Shown here in pieces: positions 1-9,900 of a stretch of 64,000 nucleotides of DNA. Position 1 is the first letter of the stretch. Every line of letters begins with the position of its first letter. The translations under genes were made by a program, and so were the position numbers. Origin of the DNA: Guillardia theta CCMP2712 (taxonomy: Eukaryota; Protista; Cryptophyta); assembly GCF_000315625.1 (NCBI RefSeq), contig NW_005434505.1, positions 41,013 to 105,012 of the forward strand, given 5' to 3'. Under the pieces are notes generated by a model. It did not search any database and was not told where the DNA came from. It worked only from the letters and a program-made list of their open reading frames with translations.

Positions 1-3000
1 ATGCGTCTGCAACAATCTGTTCAGACGTTGGTGCAACGCCTTGACTGCGATTGTTTCTCCATACAATTCCCAGATTCTTGTAGTAAGTAATGTACGAATA
101 TGAACAGAACTGTTTCCGCGTGCCAAGGTCCACCCATGCGTCTTTCCCATAAACTGTCTCAACCACTTGACGAAATCCTGTACTGTAACATTGCATCAGG
201 TTCTGCGGCACAATCTCTTCTCCTTGTCCCAGTACCCCCCGTTCCCGGCAAATCCTTTCCACTTCATTCATGACCACCCTCGCTTTGTTGATGTTCCTCC
301 TTGTGTTGTAGTCTGTGATGTCATCCCAGTATTGTTGAAGCAGAAGGTATTTCAATGGCCGGATCCTCCGCACTTGACCTTTGTCGTCAATTATGTCCTG
401 TCCAATATTCCACCACATGAACATGCTCCTCGTCGGCACCCGCAATGGGAAGGTAAAGTTGCTTGGAACCATGTGCTTACCCTGTCCATCCATCTCCCCT
501 TCCCAGTCGAAATCGTCTCCCCCTACCTCCAATCCGCTGCTCGCACGTAGCACTGCCTGCCCACTGCCAATGGATTGGTTCGGGTTCACTTCTTGCTCAC
601 CTCCATGTCCATCGGCTGGAGAATCCAGCCTCTCAGGCTCCATCATGTCCCTCGAATCATTGTGGGCGGCCACTCGGTCACCTTGTATCGCGGGGATGTT
701 TGATGTGCCCAGAATTTTCATCAACTCTGCCCTTATCAACTCTTTGATACTCTCCGTTTGCTTCTGAATCTGCGCCTCTACCACGTTCTTGACGATACCT
801 TCGATTCCTGCCATCACCTGGCCCAATACACCACCACTGCCCATACCTGCATCTGTCTCAATTCCCCGCATCCTCGGTCTGTTCGTGGCACTACACTGTC
901 CACTGCATGTTGTACCACTGTTGCTGTTTGACAAGAATAGTTCCTGTGCCTGCCCTGCCACCGTATCATCCCTTTCTGTACTTCGAACAACAGTGAATGG
1001 AAGTGCTGAACCGGTGAAATGTGCCCTCATCTCCTGCCTGATTTCTCCCAATTCCCTCAAGATGTCAGTCTTGGACGGGGTTCCACTGGCGGTCATCCCA
1101 CATTCTGTACATCTGTGCACGGGTACGACAACCTCTTTTCGAAGCAACATGAGTCTTCTTATCGTGTCCGCACCGAAAATACCAAACATAGGCATCCCCC
1201 ATATGAAATGATCATTGTCAGGATACCATCCTTGTAAGGTAGGGAGATGATACAGAATGCTCGCAAGGAAGAATTCGGTACATTTCTTAAAACCGTTCGG
1301 AAATTGCTCGTATCCATCGATGAAACGCTCCCAGCCTATCTGTTTAACCTGTCTCAACCCTTCCTGTGTGAAATGCGGAGGTAAAACCCCAAAATTGGCC
1401 GTGGTGCTATCGTTCCCTGCCAGTATTCTTCCCGCGAACTGATCTCCTCCCGTCCCACCAAGAATGTATCGATCCTGTGTATCTCCTAAACATAATTCAC
1501 TCAGTATGATGACGTGAAGTCCAACTCCCTATATGTCATACCTATCTTCCAGTTGGCCCTTATGTACACTGTTGGTGCTCCTGAACATGTTAAGATCAGC
1601 TGCCATTCCAGATTGATAAAACATCATACCTGGGCCATCCAGCATCCCTAGAAGGTGGGAAATACTACCCTTTCTTAGCGATTGCGTGCCAGGAATTCCA
1701 AAGTTGTCAGGTTGTTCCTCGCGTAAAACCCTTTTCAAAAGCTGTTGAAATCGATGTTTTTGGTCCCTCCCAATCAACAATTTGCTGCCTTGCTCTGGCA
1801 TGCAAATTCCTCTGCATGCGAAGGTGTAAAGCCCAAGAATGAGGATCGGGCAAATTTCAGGGCTGTGCGGAGCAGCGAAAACATGTTTCACACGAGTGCT
1901 ATTCATATCCGTGCCTATGCCTGCTTGGTCCGTTCTAGTCGGAAGCAACACTACTTTCATAGCGTCTTCTTCCCACGACAGGTGTTCCAAACGAAGGATG
2001 TCCAGTGACACACTCCGACACACCAGGTTCCACATAAGGTTGGTGCATAGCCAACCGAAAATCCATGAGTCCCCGGGTTCTGTGCTCCCCCTGCGAGGTT
2101 TGATCTGTCTCACAAAGTTGCACAGCATTCGATACTGCTGCATGTTGATGACTGTTCGACCTTCTTCCATGGACATTATCCCTTTGCTCTTCTTTTGTGC
2201 GACCACCTCCTTGTGTGACTGCATAATGTCCTCCAGTTCAAGGTCCAATGAAACATCTTTTGGTATCCCCGTCGCTGTGAACGGTATCTTCCTTCGCTTG
2301 TACAGATATTTCAAAGCACTTTTGTACCCTCGGATGGTGGACATCGCAATGGTTGCTTTCTCTGATGCTTTTGTGGAAGCAGATCCTTCACCATTCTCCG
2401 CAACGTCATCTTCGTCTTGTCCATCCCCTTCGCCGATGTCTTGGCTGTTGTGCATAGACGATGACGCGGCTTCTTCCGACGCTGTTGATGCGGTGCTATG
2501 ATGGTTACCAGTTTGACCTCGTGGTCTCTTCCTTGCTCGGGCCAATTGGTCATTTCCAGACAAATATCGGAAAAAAGCGAGAAGTGGTTCATATGGAAGT
2601 GGTACCTTCAAATCATCCAAAGCTTCAGTCAAAGCGCAATGATAAGCTGTAAAGGATTTGAAGAAAAGGATCATGGCGAATATCCGATATGCATAGGTTT
2701 TCTGCGTGCTGATGTTGACTCCGTGCGATTCTAAGTTCCTGAATGCTTGCACGTTGCTGTCACTGTTCGTTGCCATCGGTGTGTTGGGATCATTGAAAAC
2801 GGACAGTATGTCAGACTCGTCATCTTCACGCATCCGTTTACGTGGCCTGCCAACCACCCCAAGCCTCTTGCCTTTCTGACATGTTCCGCAATAGTCCCCT
2901 CGATCGCTATTAGCACGTTGGAAGGCGCATAAGATATGGAATTTTTTTTGGCAACCTCGGCATACCTTCAACTGTGCATCATCTCTTTCCTGCAACTGAC

Positions 3001-3043
3001 AATCAGGTCCAAATAAGCATGTATTGCCATCTTCAGTCGCCAT
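1..3043 (-). mobile_element. Crypton-type tyrosine recombinase gene (intron-containing; 3' end runs off the window)
   Basis: ORF 1529..3043 contains NLVCRS, RTDQAG, PEICPILILGLY and GTQSLRKG. Removing GT-AG introns 1581-1629 and 1486-1541 gives DGPGAPTVYIRANWKIGDTQDRYILGGTGGDQFAGRILAG...FGVLPPHF, a motif series typical of Crypton/Ndc10-like YR proteins. The frame then stays open to position 1 (HMVPSNFTFP...MWWNIG...IRPLKYL). Confidence 0.85.
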
Positions 3044-3767
3044 GTCTTCCTATCTTGTTGCTGCGTGCTTTCCGTTCCGCTGGTATATTGCGATGTTTTG
3101 CCCCAATCCTGAAACATGAATAGGTAAGTCTGGTGTAACATTGAAAGAAATGCTTTGCAAACAGCAAGAAATGAGTGCATACCGGATGATGAAGGATGAA
3201 ATCAGTTCGAAGGCGATAATGGTATGCTTGTGATTGTGATGGTACTTTCAAAAGGTTACCCTCATCCTCTATCGACTTGTTTTTCTTGGTTTTGAATTCC
3301 CTTGTAGGACCGGTCCTATTCATAGTTTTAACCCCCCCCCCCCCCCCCTCCCCCCATCTGGACCCCTCTTTGTTTTAGGAGCCCTTTTTTCAAATTTTAC
3401 CCAAAAAAAGAATCCTAAGCTTTTTTGGGGAGCCTGGGATTTTGTATTCCACACTCGACGGTCACACGCCTTGATAGACTCGATACGGAGTCCGTGGGCA
3501 TTCCAGTCAAAACCAACGTGACATGCTGACATACCACCCCACCCAATAATATACTTTTCGTTAGTTGGAGCGGTTGAGATATATTTTCCAAGAAGTCTGA
3601 AGGGCGCCCCTGTGAACCGAGCAGAAAACAAGAGAGGGACAAAGCTAGTGAACGAGAGATCGGTGGGAAGAGAAAGAGAGCCAGCAGGATCAACAAGTTG
3701 AGACACCACAGCCAGCAAGACAAACTTGGAGCATCTCGTACAACAGATCGTCTCCCTCTTGAAAAGC

Positions 3768-4157
3768 ATGACGACTGGACACTCTTCTTCGTCTCCCGCC
3801 GCTTGCCTTGCTGTCAAGATCGTTCCCCGCAAGCGCAAGTTCGAGTCCCGCAACCGCCGCCCCCCCACTCTCGACTCCGCCGACGCCGTCCGCGCCCTCA
3901 TGCACCTCAGCCAGCGGGAGGCAGCGGAGCAGCTCGACATCTCCCTCACGGCGCTCAAGAGCGCGTGCAAGAAGATGGGGATAACGGGCTGGCCGTACAC
4001 GCGCAAGGAGAAGCTGGCAGCCGCCAAGGAGCAGCAGGCGGAGAAGGAGAGCGCGTCATTGATGGAGGAGGAGGAAGAGAGGGAGAGTCTGACGAGGATA
4101 TTCCGGACATGGCGGACGATGGAGATGCTGGAGGAGGTGATAGGGCTGATTGAGTAG
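3768..4157 (+). CDS. RWP-RK domain transcription factor, copy 1
   Basis: LMHLSQREAAEQLDISLTALKSACKKMGITGWPYTRK fits the RWP-RK consensus (RWP is GWP here); intronless. Confidence 0.85.
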   Translation: MTTGHSSSSPAACLAVKIVPRKRKFESRNRRPPTLDSADAVRALMHLSQREAAEQLDISLTALKSACKKMGITGWPYTRKEKLAAAKEQQAEKESASLMEEEEERESLTRIFRTWRTMEMLEEVIGLIE

Positions 4158-4664
4158 CAGAGGGAGTACCTTACAAAAGGGGCCATCTACCAAAGGTGTC
4201 TCTGCGCTGAGAGGTGCCCTTTTTTTTTGCTGGGTGTAGTTGAGATTATACCACTTGTTATTCATAAAGCTTTAGTGTCTTTTGAACTGATTGTTGAACA
4301 TTCTCTGCACACTGTGTAAGTTTCAACACGACCAACGAAGCTAGGGAGGTTCCGAATCGCTGAACGCAACCACGTGATAAGCATCCTAACATTGCTGGAG
4401 CAGAAATGATGAAGTCTGTTGTTGTTCATCATTTCCTCGGACATTCCAAACAGAGTCCTTCTTTCGCCTACTTTTCTTCTTTCGATTCATTGATAAATAT
4501 ACAGCTTGTTCCCTACAGCTGCATGATTGTCTTTGCATCAGGGGAACGTTACAAAGGTGTCGCAAATGAAGACGACGCAGCAGCTGCTGCTTTTGCATCT
4601 GCAACCACAACAGATGCAGCAACGGCAGGATTATTGTGTACAGGAGGAGGAGCAGCAGCAGTAT

Positions 4665-4761
4665 TATGAGCAGCAGCAGGCAGCAGCATTATGAGCAGGA
4701 GCATTATGAGCAGGAGCAGGAGCAGGAGCAGCATTATGAGCAGGAGCAGAAGCAGCATGAT

Positions 4762-4857
<96 letters not shown>
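4665..4857. repeat. (GAGCAG)n microsatellite with CATTAT-interrupted variants
   Basis: Direct reading of the sequence. Confidence 0.95.
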
Positions 4858-5036
4858 TGAATGGAGCTTCAATATTGTTGAATCGTTACTAAATCCTCTT
4901 CTCCCTCCCACTAACCCCCATCAGAAGCAGAGCAAGAAACCTTGCATTCCATAAAGTTTGTAATACAAAAATAAATCGCGAGTGGAGTCTAATCACAACA
5001 GTTTCATGTCTCGCCTTTCTTGTATCCCTCCCTCTG

Positions 5037-5522
5037 CTACTCAATCAGCCCAATCACCTCCTCCAGCATCTCCATCGTCCGCCACGTCCGGAATACCCTC
5101 GTCAGACTCTCCCTCTCTTCCTCCTCCTCCACCAACGACGCGCTCTCCTTCTTCGCCTGCTGCTCCTTGGCGGCCGCCAGCTTCTCCTTGCGCGTGTACG
5201 GCCAGCCCGTTATCCCCATCTTCTTGCACGCGCTCTTGAGCGCCGTGAGGGAGATGTCGAGCTGCTCCGCTGCCTCCCGCTGGCTGAGGTGCATGAGGGC
5301 GCGGACGGCGTCGGCGGAGACGAGGGTGGGGGGGCGGCGGTTGCGGGACTCGAACTTGCGCTTGCGAGGAACGATCTTGAGTGAGGAGGGATATGATAGG
5401 TTCATACCAGTGGGAAAAGTACAGGAAGGAGGAGAAGGAGCAGTAGGTTGGGGAGAGGATGGGGAGGAGGAGGAGGACGGGTGATTGAAGGGAGGAGGAA
5501 TCGATGATGTTTCAGTATGCAT
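5037..5522 (-). CDS. RWP-RK domain transcription factor, copy 2
   Basis: Core and C-terminus are nearly identical to copy 1; the N-terminus is a different Ser/Pro-rich sequence. Confidence 0.85.
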   Translation of the reverse strand: MHTETSSIPPPFNHPSSSSSPSSPQPTAPSPPSCTFPTGMNLSYPSSLKIVPRKRKFESRNRRPPTLVSADAVRALMHLSQREAAEQLDISLTALKSACKKMGITGWPYTRKEKLAAAKEQQAKKESASLVEEEEERESLTRVFRTWRTMEMLEEVIGLIE

Positions 5523-5924
5523 TGCTGCGAGGCGTAGCTGCGAGAGGTAATTATTATATTTTGGAAATTTTTTGTTGTTTCGAGAACCCCACCCACTCGA
5601 TGCGTATTGAGACAAAGAGGTCCAGAGGACCCCCTTGTTCGCCTGGTTTCCACAGGGGTACTCTATCATAAAATAGATATAAGTGGGGGATAGTTATTTT
5701 TCTATAACAGTTTTAAGAATACCGCACCAAACCAGGATATGCCTTAAACCCATCCGTAAAACTCTACCTCTCGAATCGTTGCGTTGTGAGAGTCAAGGCA
5801 AAACTGCCCCCCGTAAAACATTGTAATCATTAACAGTCCCATTCAATCATTGCGTTTTGAGGTACACACAGCTGTTTATAACGCAGAACAATCCACAGCA
5901 AACAAAGGACAACAAAAACAGACC

Positions 5925-6458
5925 ATGGCATCAAACTCCAATACAAGCTCCTCTCCCTACGCTCCCTCCAATCTCTCCTCTTCCCCCTCTTCTTCCTCCT
6001 CCCCTCCACCTCCCTTACCCAACCCCATCCTCGAACGATCCTGTCCTGCTTCTGTCAAAATCGTTCCCCGCAGACGCAAGTTCGAGTCCCGCAACCGCCG
6101 CCCCCCCACTCTCGTCTCCGCCGACGCCGTCCGCGCCCTCATGCACCTCAGCCAGCGGGAGGCAGCGGAGCAGCTCGACATCTCCCTCACGGCGCTCAAG
6201 AGCGCGTGCAAGAAGATGGGGATAACGGGCTGGCCGTACACGCGCAAGGAGAAGCTGGCAGCCGCCAAGTGTCTTCAAGGTCTTGATAAGGAACCAGCTG
6301 TTGAGAGTAGAAACGAGGAGGAGGAAATCGAGTCTGACGAGGATATTCCGGACATGGCGGACGATGGAGATGCTGGAGGAGGTGATAGGGCTGATAGGAT
6401 AGTCGGGACTGATGGTTGCTGTTGGAGGACCACCGCCGACAGAGTACAAGCGCAGTGA
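5925..6458 (+). CDS. RWP-RK domain transcription factor, copy 3 (frameshifted C-terminal tail)
   Basis: Same core at about 6059-6269. After a substituted segment, the shared tail is read in another frame (ESDEDIPDM instead of SLTRIFRTW). Confidence 0.8.
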   Translation: MASNSNTSSSPYAPSNLSSSPSSSSSPPPPLPNPILERSCPASVKIVPRRRKFESRNRRPPTLVSADAVRALMHLSQREAAEQLDISLTALKSACKKMGITGWPYTRKEKLAAAKCLQGLDKEPAVESRNEEEEIESDEDIPDMADDGDAGGGDRADRIVGTDGCCWRTTADRVQAQ

Positions 6459-6947
6459 TATCACATTGAATCATATCGTATTATAGTTTATTGATAGCAG
6501 AGAACTGTTCGCTTGCCATGCTCTTTCTGTTGATAATGTAAATTAAATACTTTCACAACTTCACGTTATGTGCTCACATATAAGTGCGTTCGAGGAGATC
6601 GGCGGGAGGGAGGGAGGACGAGTTCAGCTGACATACTTGTCGTTACCTCATCGAACACCGTTTACGTCTTACTGCGCATGCTGTTGCTATGCTGGTTCTG
6701 GTAGAGGAGGAAGAGGATGCAACGAGGATCAGGAGAGGATTAGAGTTGTGTTGTGAGGGATAGAACAACAGGAAGTGAAGGAAAGGAGCAGAGAGAAGAA
6801 CAAAGGAAACAGAAAACAAGTTTCACAACAATCTTTCTGTGCTCATTCTGTTTTATTTGCCTGTCCCGCATCTTCCTCGGAGCAACAAATCCATGTTGAC
6901 CTCACCCTCTGCTCTGCTCTGCCCTGGGCTGGACTGGTCTGCTGTCC

Positions 6948-9900
6948 TCACCACTCAGTTCTCCTCTCAGCAATGTCACCGTAGTAGACCGTCACGGCCT
7001 TTAGACGACAGTTGACAAGATTCTTCTCCACCTCCACCGGATATGCATGCCCGCAGAAGTTCGACCCTCCTGCTCCTGCTCCTGCTTCCGCTGCTTCCGC
7101 TGCTCCTGCTGCTCCCGGCTCCCCTGGAATGGCTGCTAGCGCTACGAGCTGAGCAACGTTGATGTTCCTGGAGACCAGAGAGGGAAGGGAGCACAAAAAG
7201 ACAGGGAAGTAAGATAGTAGGACAACCAGCGAAGGGAGAAGGAGAGGAAAAGGTATCAGAAGATGTTAGGATGTTTATCTTTGATCAAAGAACAATGTCG
7301 ACGGAGAAGAGAAGCGGGAGGAATGAAAGAAAAAACAAAGAAGAGAAGAGTTGAGGAAGAACTGAGAAGAATGGCAGAGAAGGAATTCAAGGTAGGAGCA
7401 GAGGCAGGAGTAGGAGCAGAAAGAGAGGGAGAAGCAATCCATCAAGGGGTTCACTCACTTGGGAAGGTACATGGCGACGGAGGTAGCGATCTGTAGTAGG
7501 ATGATGAGCTCAGGAACAGGCAGGAGGAGGAGGAAGAGAAGGAGGAAGGAGGAGTTGGTAGTGTTGGCGGTGGTGGAGGACGAGGAAAGGACCTGAATCG
7601 AGTGACGAAAGAGCACCTCACAGTCAATGGGAAGTTGATGCATGTCAAACACCTGCTCGAAATCAATGCAGCTTCTTCCTCCTCCTCCTCCACTTCCTCC
7701 TCCTCCTTGTCTCGTCTTCGTCTTACATGCGCGTTGGAGTACTCAGGTCCTCCCCAAGGAGGAGCTAGGAAAACAACATCCATCCACGTTGAAAAGCAGC
7801 CAGCTGGAGAAACCGTATGAGTCAAGAAGAGAAGCACAGACAGCGAGGGGGAAGGAGAAGGATGGGGACCAAAACGAGGAGGACGAGGAAGACCAAGGGG
7901 GACGAGAAGGAGGAAGAGGACGAGGAGGACGAGGAGGACGAGGATGATGATGAAGGATCGAAAAAAGGATGAAGGTAACGGGGGGGGGGGGACAAGGAGA
8001 ACGTAGTTGCCATGGTCTCACATTTCGCAAGCTCTACAAAATTGCCAACAATGAACTCAATCTGGAGATTCAAACGTCACGGGTTCTCTTCCTTCACACT
8101 CTCCCTTTGCGACCTTATGGTCTACTCCGTAGATCTTGGCGTTGTGCTTGGCGAGTTTGATCTTCTCGGGATCTGACAAGATGAGTTCATCTTCATGATA
8201 CATCTCCTCCCCCTTCCCCTTCCCCTTCCCCTTCCATTCCCTCCCCCTGCCCTTCTACTCCCCTTACCATCCCCTCTCCTCCCTTTCCCTCTCCTTCGCT
8301 CCCCCTCCCCTTCCTCATCCTTTCTTTCCCTTTCCATGTTGCCATCCTTCCTACGTGTCCTGTCTTTCTTTGCATCTTTCACCCCCAAGAGCCAAACTCC
8401 CTTCCTACTCCTCCATCCCCTCTCTTCCCAACTCATCTCTATGTTCTGATCTTTGAACTTTTCGGCTCCTCCTCCTCCTCCTCCTCCTCCTCCTCCTCCT
8501 CCTCCTCCTCTCACCGATGTCACACGCCCACACCCGGCGGCACGTCTGAGCCAGCTGGATAGCATTTCCTCCTGCTCCACAGAAAGCGTCGAGAACAAAG
8601 TCTCCCGAGCATCTTGAACGTGCGTGAGAGAGAGGAGGGGAAAGAAAAGAGGCGGCAAGAAGGCGAGAGAGAGGAGGAAGAGGATGGAGGGGAAGACGAA
8701 AACGCGAAGAAGGAAAGAGAAAAACGATTTGAAGTACATAAGGGGGAGACACACGAGCAGTGGGGAGAGTGAAAAGAGGCCGGAGGATGCTACGAAGAAG
8801 GGACGGCAGCCAACACTAAGAGATGGAGGAAGAGGAGGAGGAGGATGAGGAGAACAAGGACAAGAACGACTAGGAGGAGGAGGACAAGGAGGACAAGGAG
8901 GACAAGGAGGACAAGGAGGACAAGGAGCAGGAGAATGAGGAGCAGGAGGAAGAGGAGCAGGAGGAAAAGGAGCAGGAGGAAAAGGAGCAGGAGGAAAAGG
9001 AGCTGGAGGAAAAGGAGCAGCCTGAGGATGAGGACAAGGAGGAGAGGGGGGTGAGCACTTGAACGCGTGATGCTTCGAGAGCTCCTCTGGTGTGACCGAA
9101 TACCAGCTCTCTCTGTCCAGCTTGAGATAAAGTTAGCCCGAGCTGGGAAGAGGCCGCAAACAAAGGGGAGGTGGGTAGCAACCTTGATCCCGTGGTCGTA
9201 GAGGGAGAAGAGCGTGTAGCGCAGCTTCCAGTACTTCTTCAGCTCTTCATCCTTCTCCAGCTCCACGTCCTCCTCCTCCTCCCCCGAGATCATGTCTGCC
9301 CAAACGTTTCTAAGCTCCTGGCCGGGCTGTGAGCTGAAACCCAGCTCGGCAGACCTTGGCAGGAGCGGAGGAGGTCTGTCTTCTTCCTCTTACGCAAGTT
9401 GGTGAACTTGTGCCTCCTGATCACGATCGAGTCCCACGAGCCACGGGCGCCTCCGTCCTCCATGTCGAAGAGCTCGACGAACCTGAGGAGGAAGTGAGAA
9501 GTGTCGAGGTGACGAAATTAGATGGTGAGAAGATGGTGAGAAGATGGTGAGAAGATGGTGAGAAGGAAGTTGAGGAAAGGAGTGAAGAGAGATGGTTGAG
9601 ATGGTTGAGATGGTTGAGATGGTTGAGATGGTTGAGATGGTTGAGATGGTTGAGATGATTGAGATGGTTGAGATGGTTGAGATGGTTGAGATGGTTGAGA
9701 TGGTTGAGATGGTTGAGATGATTGACATGGTTGAGATGGTTGAGATCACAGAGATGATTGAGATGTTTGACATGGTTCGGAACATGAAATGGCAATGATA
9801 TCACAAGGCACAATGCCGGCAACATCGTGAGATGAATAAAAATCAACTTCACGTGAAGATCATAGATGAGATGCTAAAAGAAGAGAACAATCATGCAAGC

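Noticed and set aside
167-1442. Plus-strand ORFs of 60-140 aa
   Set aside because: They are antisense shadows of the open minus-strand Crypton frame.
1529-1629. Apparent premature stop suggesting a Crypton pseudogene
   Set aside because: Two canonical GT-AG introns remove the stop and restore the conserved motifs.
4549-4954. Poly-Leu, EQ and SR-repeat ORFs
   Set aside because: They are translations of the (GAGCAG)n microsatellite.
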